Positions 1 to 8,861 of a stretch of 64,000 nt of DNA are shown in pieces (the stretch's first letter is position 1; every line of letters begins with the position of its first letter). Position numbers and translations under genes: made by a program. This DNA is from Fibrobacteria bacterium (GTDB lineage: Bacteria; Fibrobacterota; Fibrobacteria; UBA11236). The notes beneath the pieces are model-generated. The model was not told where the DNA came from, ran no database searches, and saw nothing but the letters and a program-made list of their open reading frames with translations. The stretch spans positions 61,364 to 125,363 of the forward strand of contig JAYTSD010000014.1 of assembly GCA_043745805.1 (NCBI GenBank). The letters run 5' to 3'.

Positions 1-1422
1 AAAGAACCCATTAAAATGGCAACTCATGCAGATGCCGCAGGTAATGTGGATGTTTACTGGGCAGAAAGAGGCGGGGATGTAAAAAAATATTCTGGCGGTG
101 CCAAAACAGTCAAAACCATGGGTACGGTATTAACCGAATTGGAATATGAATCAGGGCTTACAGGTATTGCTCTTGATCCAAAATTTGATACCAATCATTG
201 GATGTATCTCTATTACACTACCGGCGGCGCGGATCCGAAAGATTTTTTTCGAATCAGTCGATTTACTGTGGGATCAAACGATATGCTCGATATGGCTTCT
301 GAAAAAATTGTTTTAACTTTTCAGGCTAAGCATGGCGGAATGCATTCCGGCGGTGCAATGCGCTTTGATGGAAATAATGATTTGTGGATTACGGTTGGTG
401 AAAATCAAGCCGGTGAAAATGGTACAGCAAATACCAATGATTTACGCGGAAAAATTCTTCGCATACATCCAACCGATGACGGTAAATACACAATTCCTGC
501 CGGTAATCTTTTTGCTGAAGGCACTGCAAAAACCCGTCCGGAAATTTATGTAATGGGTGGACGCAACCCCTATACATTGGCACTCGATCCCGTGCGGAAA
601 GCAGTAGTATGGGGCGATGTCGGTCCTGACCAAGGACTAATTACCGAAGAATTTAACTTCACCAAAGTTCCTGGCAATTTTGGATACCCCTATTTTGCTG
701 GCGCAAATGAAATTTTACCTGGATTTACCGGAAAATCGCCTGCCGCACCAACAAATAATGCTACGGGAAATACTGGCTTAGTTAGTTTGCCTGCTGCCAT
801 CCCTGCCATATATGCCTATAAACAATCCTCAGCCGCAACAGGACCGATTTATTATTATCAAAACAGTATAAATACAAAAATCAAATTTCCGCCTCATTTC
901 GACGGAACATGGTTTGTTTCGAATATGCGTCCTAATTGGTTTGAGGGGGTAACATTAAATGCTGCCGGCACCGTAAAAGAAACTACGGAAAGATTATTTC
1001 CTAGTATGTTTGGTCCCATTATTGGTGAAGCACTTGATTTTGAATTTGGACCCGATGGAGCATTATACGTACTTTCTTACGGTGAAAGCTGGCGTGCAGC
1101 AGATTCTAAAACGGGTATAGTACGCATTGAATACAAGGGAAGCTGTTTACCCACCGACTTTGTCAGTAAAATTGGAACCGTATCGATTAACAAAACACAA
1201 TTGGATCAAAATACTTTTAAAATGGAAAATCAAAGTTTTTCCATTTTAAGTGAAGGTCCGCATATCTTAGAAATACATGATATAGCAGGAAGGTTGGTCT
1301 TCGCTAAAACCGGAATAGGTCCTGCCCGCTATTCCATGCTAGAAATTCCCAAAAATGGAATTTATCTACTTCGTTTACAAAATGCAGCCGGAGTATTTTC
1401 CAAGAAATTAATTCGTGAATAA
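1..1422 (+). CDS. PQQ-dependent glucose/sorbosone dehydrogenase-like beta-propeller protein with T9SS-like C-terminal domain (5'-truncated by window edge)
   Basis: Frame is open from base 1 (KEPIKM...). GSDH motifs GIALDPKF, HSGGAMRF, DLRGKILRI, GGRNPY, EFGPDGALY. C-terminal IHDIAGRLV...GIYLLRL...SKKLIRE resembles a Por/T9SS sorting tail. Confidence 0.85.
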   Translation, partial: KEPIKMATHADAAGNVDVYWAERGGDVKKYSGGAKTVKTMGTVLTELEYESGLTGIALDPKFDTNHWMYLYYTTGGADPKDFFRISRFTVGSNDMLDMASEKIVLTFQAKHGGMHSGGAMRFDGNNDLWITVGENQAGENGTANTNDLRGKILRIHPTDDGKYTIPAGNLFAEGTAKTRPEIYVMGGRNPYTLALDPVRKAVVWGDVGPDQGLITEEFNFTKVPGNFGYPYFAGANEILPGFTGKSPAAPTNNATGNTGLVSLPAAIPAIYAYKQSSAATGPIYYYQNSINTKIKFPPHFDGTWFVSNMRPNWFEGVTLNAAGTVKETTERLFPSMFGPIIGEALDFEFGPDGALYVLSYGESWRAADSKTGIVRIEYKGSCLPTDFVSKIGTVSINKTQLDQNTFKMENQSFSILSEGPHILEIHDIAGRLVFAKTGIGPARYSMLEIPKNGIYLLRLQNAAGVFSKKLIRE

Positions 1423-1426
1423 TTCC

Positions 1427-1460
1427 TTGCTATTGTGACTGCTTGCAGTACAAAAGCAAA
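1427..1460 (+). terminator. Imperfect hairpin after first GSDH-like gene
   Basis: TTGCT-ATTGT-GACTGC/GCAGT-ACAA-AAGCAA imperfect inverted repeat just after the stop codon. Confidence 0.35.
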
Positions 1461-1588
1461 AAAACCATTATTTTATTGTTCCCAGCGGAAAATTAGTTTT
1501 CCGCTTATATTCCCCATATCACTTGTATTTGCGAATGGCTTGAGTTTTCTCAACTTTTCGTTTTATGGCAGAAAATTATGGGGGACAA

Positions 1589-3184
1589 ATGATACTTACA
1601 AAAAAAGCCAATTTAAAAGCCATGGGGCTACTAACCCTAGCGATAGCATCTCAATATGCAGCTTGGGCCGCGTTTACCGTTCCAAGTTGCCCAACCGTGA
1701 CCGATGCCGAATTCACTGCTGTAACCCTAGTTAATGGCGATAGTATTAATGAACCCATAAAAATGGCAACGCATGCTGATGGCGCAGGTAACGTAGATAT
1801 TTACTGGGTGCAACGTCATGGAGATATAAAAAAATATACGGGCGCTACCAAAAAATTCGCCACTATCGGTCATATCGACGGCCCATCAGAGTTTGAAGAC
1901 GGAGTAACCGGTATCGCCTTAGATCCTTCTTTCGATACCAACCACAATATTTTTCTCTATTATGCTTTTGGAGATGTTACGAAATTTTCATTTCGTATTT
2001 CACGATTCACTCTAGGTAATGGGGATGCCCTCATAATGTCTTCGGAAAAAATCATTTTGGAAAACCCAGCAAAATACCATACCTTACATACCGGTGGCGC
2101 AATGCGCTTTGACCGATTTGGAGATTTATGGATAACCACCGGCGAAAATAATTCAGGGGAAAAAAGTACCTCCAATACCAACGATTTAAGAGGAAAAATT
2201 TTGCGTATCCATCCCACTTCTGATGGAAAATACACTATTCCCGCAGGAAATTTATATCCCGAAGGCACCGCTAATACGCGCCCAGAAATTTATGTAATGG
2301 GTGCTCGAAACCCCTACTCCATTGCTCTCGATCCCGTTCGTAATGCAATAGCATGGGGCGATGTAGGTCCCGATGAAGGCGGTATAACTGAGGAGTTTAA
2401 CTATACCAAAATACCCGGTTTTTTTGGTTACCCTTACTTTGCGGGAAACAATCTTTCACGTCCTGATTATCCCGGACAAAATGCTAGCACCCCAATTTGG
2501 AAAAATACCATCGCCGCAAATGAGCCCTACAAACCGGGCTTGCCAAATCTGAAACCAGTTATCCCTGCTATCTATCCTTATCAAAAATCCGCAGCGATTA
2601 CCGGACCCATCTATTACTATAACCCTAGCCTCAAATCCCCTATAAAATTTCCGCCGCATTTCGATGGTATTTGGTTCGTGTCGGATTTTCAAAATACTTG
2701 GATAGAAGGGGTCACCTTAGACATACCTGGATTAAAAAAAGAAAATTCCGAAAGAGTTTTTGTGGACATTTTTAAAAATGTGATCAAAGAACCGATTGAT
2801 TATGAATTTGGGCCAGATGGTGCGTTATATGTACTTAGCTATGGAGGAAAATGGCGCGACCACGATGCAAAAACAGCCCTTGTGAGAATCGAATACAAAG
2901 GCACTTGCAATCTTCCCACCTTCGTTTCCAAGGTAGGAACCGTTTCTTTAACTAAAAATGAATTGGCTCATAAGGTTTTTAAAATTCAAGGGCAAAATAT
3001 TTCAATATTAACCGAAGACACGTACAGCTATGCGGTATGTGATATTACGGGTAAAATTATAATTTCCCATCGTGGCGAGGGTAACGCCCAATTCTCTTTA
3101 CGAGAACTACCTCAAAACGGCTTGTACTTGATAAGTATTAAAACTAAGCAAGGTTCCTTTTCGCAAATTATTGCCTCTCACTAA
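1589..3184 (+). CDS. Secreted glucose/sorbosone dehydrogenase-like propeller protein, paralog of upstream gene, T9SS-like C-terminal domain
   Basis: ATG 1589 after GGGGGA; signal peptide ending AAWA; same GSDH motifs (HTGGAMRF, DLRGKILRI, GARNPY, EFGPDGALY); tail CDITGKII...GLYLISIK. Confidence 0.88.
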   Translation: MILTKKANLKAMGLLTLAIASQYAAWAAFTVPSCPTVTDAEFTAVTLVNGDSINEPIKMATHADGAGNVDIYWVQRHGDIKKYTGATKKFATIGHIDGPSEFEDGVTGIALDPSFDTNHNIFLYYAFGDVTKFSFRISRFTLGNGDALIMSSEKIILENPAKYHTLHTGGAMRFDRFGDLWITTGENNSGEKSTSNTNDLRGKILRIHPTSDGKYTIPAGNLYPEGTANTRPEIYVMGARNPYSIALDPVRNAIAWGDVGPDEGGITEEFNYTKIPGFFGYPYFAGNNLSRPDYPGQNASTPIWKNTIAANEPYKPGLPNLKPVIPAIYPYQKSAAITGPIYYYNPSLKSPIKFPPHFDGIWFVSDFQNTWIEGVTLDIPGLKKENSERVFVDIFKNVIKEPIDYEFGPDGALYVLSYGGKWRDHDAKTALVRIEYKGTCNLPTFVSKVGTVSLTKNELAHKVFKIQGQNISILTEDTYSYAVCDITGKIIISHRGEGNAQFSLRELPQNGLYLISIKTKQGSFSQIIASH

Positions 3185-3194
3185 TATTCCCTAC

Positions 3195-3223
3195 ATCACT
3201 CGCTGCTTCAAGCCGTGAGTGAT
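3195..3223 (+). terminator. Hairpin after second GSDH-like gene
   Basis: ATCACTCGC-T-GCT(TCA)AGC-C-GTGAGTGAT inverted repeat 11 nt after the stop. Confidence 0.45.
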
Positions 3224-3463
3224 ATTCTTCTCCACAAAACCCGTTTTTTGAACTCCTCCAAAATTTCCCAAGGCAATTAAGCCTTATTTTTTGGGCTTTT
3301 AGGCTTTTATAACCCCATATTTGACTTAATAAAAATTGCATTACGCCAATTAATTTCTCGACAATTATTTATGCCATCCCTTATGATTGTTAGAGTATAA
3401 GGGGAAGTAAAACTTAAACTAACTGGACCCCAAAGGGAATTTTTTGAAATTGTTTACATCCAG

Positions 3464-4006
3464 ATGATCAATATTATGTTTAAAATGAGTCCTAAATTAA
3501 AACGCTCACAAGGGTTCACCTTAAAAGAAATCATGGTGGTTGTAGCTATCATTGGCATATTAACGGCTGCAGCAAAGCCGTCCGTAAAAAATTTATATCT
3601 CTCGTATAAATATCAAAATGCAGAGAATGCTGTAAAACATTTAGTGCAAACCGCTCGCAGCAGAGCCATTGCAAATCCTAGCGTGCATTATGGCGTGCAT
3701 TTAGATCTAAACTCCGTCCCACAAAAAGTGTTTCTTTTTGCCGATACCGATTCGCCTTCTTCGAATCAGTGGAGCGCCAATGACAAGGCCTATTTACAAC
3801 CTTATTCATTACCAATAAATATTTCCATATCCATCCCTACAAATAAAGGAAGCCTTTCCAGTGACCTTATTTTCAGAGGCGATGGCTCGGCATTTTTGCC
3901 CTTTGAGGTAGTGATTGTTGCCAGTTTAAGTTCTACAAAATCTTTAGAAGATACTTTGGATGTTTTACCCAGCACGGGAAGGATTAAGGTTATCAAATGC
4001 AAATAA
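3464..4006 (+). CDS. FimT/GspH-like minor pilin, cassette 1
   Basis: Prepilin motif SQG|FTLKEIMVVVAIIGIL; AR-SRA helix; IFRGDG; C-terminal TGRIK. Start may be 3476 or 3485. Confidence 0.85.
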   Translation: MINIMFKMSPKLKRSQGFTLKEIMVVVAIIGILTAAAKPSVKNLYLSYKYQNAENAVKHLVQTARSRAIANPSVHYGVHLDLNSVPQKVFLFADTDSPSSNQWSANDKAYLQPYSLPINISISIPTNKGSLSSDLIFRGDGSAFLPFEVVIVASLSSTKSLEDTLDVLPSTGRIKVIKCK

Positions 4007-4443
4007 TTTGCAAGCCCATGAAAGTAAACTCCAAAGGGTTAACGCTGTTAGAAATACTTATAGCAATTATAGTAGTGGGTATAGGTAGCACTGTTTATCT
4101 ACGCGTGCAGCATATGTCGGGAGGTGTTAACAGAACCAATTCTGCTTTATTCCGTGCTGGCCAAATGGTAGAAAAACACATTGAGGCCATTCGCGTACAA
4201 ATTGCCAAAGATACCAATGGCTTAAGATGGGTACCTCAAAATAATTTTATTGAAAGTGATTCTTCGGGTAGTCCCAAACTAAATTTAACGCGCAAGGTAA
4301 GTACCGTAACTGCTCCCAAACCCGATGCAGGAGGAACTTATGCCAATATCCCTTCGGTGCGCAAAATTGATATCGTGGTCAAATGGGGTACTGGGGCAAT
4401 GGATTCCTTGAATGTGACAACTTATGTTTCCAAAAAATTTTAA
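3997..4443 (+). CDS. PilV/GspI-like minor pilin, cassette 1
   Basis: SKG|LTLLEILIAIIVVGIG; C-terminal VRKIDIVVKW...VTTYVSKKF. Confidence 0.82.
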   Translation: MQIICKPMKVNSKGLTLLEILIAIIVVGIGSTVYLRVQHMSGGVNRTNSALFRAGQMVEKHIEAIRVQIAKDTNGLRWVPQNNFIESDSSGSPKLNLTRKVSTVTAPKPDAGGTYANIPSVRKIDIVVKWGTGAMDSLNVTTYVSKKF

Positions 4444-5191
4444 TTGTAAAAAAGGATTTTCCTTAATTGAGATTTTAATTGTAATCGCTGTGGCCGGAAT
4501 TTTACTTGTCATTATTACTCGCTTTTTAAAAGATTCGAAACGTATTTATAATCTGCAAGAAGAATTAACTGAGCGTGATCAAAATGCGCAGTATGCTCTA
4601 AAGCGCTTAGCCGAAAGATTAATGGAAGCGGGAGCAGGGTTACCCACAACCGGCTACGCCATAATTAATACTAGTGGAAATCCAGTTAATTCTTTCACCG
4701 TAGCCACCAATCCAAGGGGTGGGCAACAAATTATTACTAATACTATAGTTGCCGATTCGGTTATTCCTGCGGATGACACTTTAAGCTTTGAAAAAACAGA
4801 CAGTGTGTTAATAGTTCCTAAAAACCCAATTACGCCATTAACAACTTGCCCGTTCAAGCGCGCCGGATTAAAATCGGGAAACTTCGTTATCGTGACTACG
4901 ATTATAAACACTTTGCAAATCGGTGATATGGTATATGGTTTAAAAAAGGAAAACTATAACCTAACTGCAAATAATTTATGCTTAGAGAATTCGGTTTTAG
5001 CAGAAAACATTGATTCGCTTGCTATTCTCTTTAATGATATTGCCGGAAATCCCACTAGCACGTGGACGAATATGCGGTCTGCAAAAATTACCGTGCGGGC
5101 ACGCACACAACATTCTTTTCCAAATATGCCAGGTGATGGATATCTGCGTAGACAGTTATCTATAGAAGTTGGTTTTAGAAATAAAAACTAA
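4424..5191 (+). CDS. PilW/GspJ-like minor pilin, cassette 1
   Basis: KKG|FSLIEILIVIAVAGILL; QNAQYAL...LMEAG; LAENIDSL; C-terminal GFRN. Confidence 0.85.
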   Translation: MFPKNFNCKKGFSLIEILIVIAVAGILLVIITRFLKDSKRIYNLQEELTERDQNAQYALKRLAERLMEAGAGLPTTGYAIINTSGNPVNSFTVATNPRGGQQIITNTIVADSVIPADDTLSFEKTDSVLIVPKNPITPLTTCPFKRAGLKSGNFVIVTTIINTLQIGDMVYGLKKENYNLTANNLCLENSVLAENIDSLAILFNDIAGNPTSTWTNMRSAKITVRARTQHSFPNMPGDGYLRRQLSIEVGFRNKN

Positions 5192-5201
5192 AGGAGGCAT
5201 T

Positions 5202-7079
5202 ATGCCTAAGTCCATTGAAAAGCTAAAATCTCAAAAAGGTTTTATCCTAATTTTCTCCGTACTCATGATACTAGGTATATCCGCATTGGCCGTAGGCATG
5301 ATTTACAATTCACGCATGAATAATGCTACTGCCCAAAATTACAAAAACAAAATCCAATCGTTTTATGCTGCCGATGGTATGATGTCACTTTTGGCTGATG
5401 AGGTCTTAAGCGGAAGAGATACCCTTTATACCAATGCCGCCCAAAGAGATACCATAACCGGTAGCGTTTACAATAAAATCAACTCTGTGGATGTGCAAAA
5501 CTTTAGGTCTCAAACCCAAGGCAGTAATGGTAACCAAACGGTTACCGCACTTTATTTGGGATCGGCATGGTTAGGAACTGTAAAACCCACATGGAGTAGT
5601 TTTGGAATTTTATGGAAAGGATATATTTACCCACCCATCACGGGATCCTATCGTTTTTTTGTTAGAGGGGATGACAATACGGCCTTTTATTTAAGTACAT
5701 CCGAATTTCTTATTGATCTTCCAAGAAGTCCCACGGCTTATAACTATTCCTCTGTATCTTATTCCAAAGGATGGCCCACTGTAGAAAACCCACAAATGAG
5801 TGGAGACTGCTCAAACTGTGATCCAGTATCCGATCCTATCTCATTAAAAGGTGGGAAAAAATATTATTTCGAATATTATCATACGCATGTGAATGGTAAC
5901 GATTTTGGACAAGTTGGGTGGGCTGGCCCTGAATGGATTGATGAAAAACCAATTCCGGGATCAAGGCTTTCGAAATATATTGTTTCGAACCCTACCGTAA
6001 CACAAGACGACTCCATAAAAATAGGTAATGTGATGGTGCAATATCGCGTCACTCCATTGGGTGATAATGAATACACTCTTTTTACTCAAGGTTCGAAACG
6101 AAGAACGGGTACCGATACCATTTATAAAATTCCATTAAATCAAAAAATTTCTTTCCGAGGACAAAGCTCCGCACCTCCGGATACCCTGTGGTCGAAAGTG
6201 ATTTTTCATGATTTTCATGCTCGAAATTGGCCACTCCTTTCCAACAATCCCGAATTTCAGAATGATAATGTGATTTATGGTTGGGGTGGAGCATCAGCAC
6301 ATACGGGAATGGTTGAGTCAAATTTTCTTAAGCAAACAGCAACCGATGCAAATTACTTTAATATGGCAAGAATAGGAAAACCCATTAATATTATTGATAG
6401 TACCTTAAGAACCGTTACAGCTGCCGATAAGAAAAATGTTTGGCGCAGTTGTAAAATGGAAAAATGGTTTGTGGATTGGACTCCAGGTGATTTTAAAATT
6501 CCGCGCTATCAAGAACTTCCAGCAGGTGGTGACCAAAATAATGCCACCTATGCAGCCAATGTATTATCCGACTGCGTTTTACAAACAGTGACCTATGACA
6601 CGGCCTTTAAAAATGCAAAAATCTATGACTCTCTTCCTTTAGTTAGAACTATGGTAAATGGTACTTATTCCTATTTGTACGAACGAACTTATCAAAACAA
6701 TAAAGATTTTTTTCCTATCGACAATCGAGGTTTTGGTAATGAAGGACGTCCGCATAATTTTTCATTTTGTATGGAAATGCACTCTACCTTTGAATTTAAG
6801 CCTGGCCTAACCTTTGATTTTGAAGGGGATGACGATATATGGATTTTTATAAATGGTAAGCTCGAAATGGATTTAGGAGGGCATCATGTGCAAACAGGCG
6901 GAAGCATAAATATGGACGCTTTGAACTTGGTTTACGGGAAAAACTATCCCTTTGAACTATTCTATTGTGAAATGATGTGCTGCGGGTCTGACATTAAAAT
7001 CACTACCAATCTCCCGATTGGATCGGGACGCGGCACCTTAAAGAAGAGCTGGCAGCGCGATTACGGCTCCATGGATTAA
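5202..7079 (+). CDS. PilX-like pilin fused to PA14 and fibro-slime domains, cassette 1
   Basis: ATG 5202 after AAGGAGG; QKG|FILIFSVL (no Glu5, PilX/GspK type); QSFYAADG; PA14 WKGYIYPPITGSYRFFVRGDD; fibro-slime FFPIDNRGFGNEG..HNFSFCME..FEGDDDIWIFING..DLGGHH. Confidence 0.85.
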   Translation: MPKSIEKLKSQKGFILIFSVLMILGISALAVGMIYNSRMNNATAQNYKNKIQSFYAADGMMSLLADEVLSGRDTLYTNAAQRDTITGSVYNKINSVDVQNFRSQTQGSNGNQTVTALYLGSAWLGTVKPTWSSFGILWKGYIYPPITGSYRFFVRGDDNTAFYLSTSEFLIDLPRSPTAYNYSSVSYSKGWPTVENPQMSGDCSNCDPVSDPISLKGGKKYYFEYYHTHVNGNDFGQVGWAGPEWIDEKPIPGSRLSKYIVSNPTVTQDDSIKIGNVMVQYRVTPLGDNEYTLFTQGSKRRTGTDTIYKIPLNQKISFRGQSSAPPDTLWSKVIFHDFHARNWPLLSNNPEFQNDNVIYGWGGASAHTGMVESNFLKQTATDANYFNMARIGKPINIIDSTLRTVTAADKKNVWRSCKMEKWFVDWTPGDFKIPRYQELPAGGDQNNATYAANVLSDCVLQTVTYDTAFKNAKIYDSLPLVRTMVNGTYSYLYERTYQNNKDFFPIDNRGFGNEGRPHNFSFCMEMHSTFEFKPGLTFDFEGDDDIWIFINGKLEMDLGGHHVQTGGSINMDALNLVYGKNYPFELFYCEMMCCGSDIKITTNLPIGSGRGTLKKSWQRDYGSMD

Positions 7080-7101
7080 TTTTACTCTAAAATCCCTCAA
7101 A

Positions 7102-7128
7102 AAAAAGCCGCTTATCTAGCGGCTTTTT
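7102..7128 (+). terminator. Rho-independent terminator ending pilin cassette 1
   Basis: AAAAAGCCGCT-TATCT-AGCGGCTTTTT. Confidence 0.85.
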
Positions 7129-7181
7129 GTTACAATCTTTTAAAGTCTTCGATATTTAAGGTAACTTTACTTCATAGTTAT

Positions 7182-7688
7182 ATGCTTAATATAAATCCTA
7201 AATTACATCTGTCCCGAGGCTTCACTTTAAAAGAGCTCATGGTGGTCGTTGCTGTGATTGGGATTATGTCGGCTGTGGCTGTTCCATCGATTTCCGGCTT
7301 GTATCGTTGGTATCAATATTCTAATGCGCAGAATGCCATTAAACATTTATTACAAACCGCAAAAGGTCGCGCTATGACTAATCCCAATATTCACTGCGGC
7401 GTGCATTTTTCTGCGATAGGAGATACCATTTTATTGTTTAATGATTCCGACCCACTTACTCCGAATACCTATGCTGTCGCAGATCAAAAATATTTACAAC
7501 CTTATATTGTGCCTAAAAAAATTTCCATATCATTTGTTTCCGCCAATAAGGACATAATTTTTCGCGGGGATGGTTCAACCTTTGCAAGTTTTAATGCAAA
7601 AATTTCAATTCACTGGAAAGGCAGCGATAGCCTGACAAGTGTCCTAAGTGTTCTACCTAGTACTGGAAGGATAAAGCTTACAAAATGA
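7182..7688 (+). CDS. FimT/GspH-like minor pilin, cassette 2
   Basis: SRG|FTLKELMVVVAVIGIM; IFRGDG; VLPSTGRIK; paralog of 3464..4006. Confidence 0.85.
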   Translation: MLNINPKLHLSRGFTLKELMVVVAVIGIMSAVAVPSISGLYRWYQYSNAQNAIKHLLQTAKGRAMTNPNIHCGVHFSAIGDTILLFNDSDPLTPNTYAVADQKYLQPYIVPKKISISFVSANKDIIFRGDGSTFASFNAKISIHWKGSDSLTSVLSVLPSTGRIKLTK

Positions 7689-8086
7689 AATATCCACTTA
7701 TTAAAAAATCGGGATGGACGCTCTTAGAAACTCTGATAGCTATTGTCGTTATAGGAATTGGCACCGGAGTTTATATGCGCATGCAAGGTATGACCGGCGG
7801 AGTCACTAAAAGCAATTCCAATTTGTTTAAAGCGGGACAGATGATTGAAAAGCATATAGAAGGCATTCGTGTCCAAGTAGCTATGGACCAAACCAACTGG
7901 ATCCCAGGCGATATAACGGTATTAGATCCACCCCTAAAGCTTGTTAGAACAGTTTCAAATGCATACTCTCCGAAAGCACCCACAGTTGTGGTAGCCGATG
8001 TTAGAAAAGTGGATTTAGTAGTGAGTTGGGGAAATAAACCTATGGATACCCTTAAGGTGACTACCTATGTATCAAAAAAATTCTAA
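7685..8086 (+). CDS. PilV/GspI-like minor pilin, cassette 2
   Basis: KSG|WTLLETLIAIVVIGIG; ends VTTYVSKKF as in cassette 1. Confidence 0.82.
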   Translation: MKYPLIKKSGWTLLETLIAIVVIGIGTGVYMRMQGMTGGVTKSNSNLFKAGQMIEKHIEGIRVQVAMDQTNWIPGDITVLDPPLKLVRTVSNAYSPKAPTVVVADVRKVDLVVSWGNKPMDTLKVTTYVSKKF

Positions 8087-8852
8087 ATCCCCAAAAGGGG
8101 TCACATTTATTGAACTCCTAATTGTAATGGCAGTAGCTGGAATATTGTTAGTTATTGTTACTCGTTTCATAAAATCTTCCCGGAAAGTTTACAACCTTCA
8201 AGAAGATATAGCCGAGCGCGATCAAAATGCTTATTACTCTATAAAAATGCTCTCAGAACGACTAATGGAAGCTGGTGCCAATTTACCCGATACTAACACC
8301 AACTATAATGCTGTCGTTATCAACACAAACCCAGCGAATTCTTTTAAATTAATGGTAAATCCACGTGGGGGATTTTATACGGTGGTTGCAAATTTTAACT
8401 CGAATCGAATACTCGTAGACGATGGCGGCAGCTTTAAAAATGCAGATAGTATCTTGGTAGTTCATCCTAATAATTCAACGCCCACGCGTTATGACTTATT
8501 AAGTGTTGCCATAGCGCCTACTAATTTTGATACTCTGAAATTGTTGAGTGCGCAACCGTTTTCTACCGGAGATCAAATCTACGCTTTTACCACAGAAAGC
8601 TATTTGTTAATTAACAATAATTTATGTGTAAAGACCAAATCCACAGTGCCGGATACTCTAGCTGAAAATATAGATAGCTTGACCATTCTATTTAAAGATG
8701 TGGCGGGATTCACAACAACCGATTGGAAATTAATGCGTTATGCAAATCTTTCCATAACAACTCGAATTCAACGTGCAAATCCTGCTTTAGGAGCAGATAG
8801 CTGTAAACGCCGCACCCTGTCAATGGAATTAGGTTTTAGGAACAAAATTTAA
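8067..8852 (+). CDS. PilW/GspJ-like minor pilin, cassette 2
   Basis: PKG|VTFIELLIVMAVAGILL; ERDQNA..RLMEAG; LAENIDSL; GFRNK. Confidence 0.85.
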   Translation: MYQKNSKSPKGVTFIELLIVMAVAGILLVIVTRFIKSSRKVYNLQEDIAERDQNAYYSIKMLSERLMEAGANLPDTNTNYNAVVINTNPANSFKLMVNPRGGFYTVVANFNSNRILVDDGGSFKNADSILVVHPNNSTPTRYDLLSVAIAPTNFDTLKLLSAQPFSTGDQIYAFTTESYLLINNNLCVKTKSTVPDTLAENIDSLTILFKDVAGFTTTDWKLMRYANLSITTRIQRANPALGADSCKRRTLSMELGFRNKI

Positions 8853-8861
8853 GGAGGAAAT

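Noticed and set aside
1435-1734. 99-aa ORF between the GSDH paralogs
   Set aside because: Overlaps the second GSDH gene in another frame; atypical composition.
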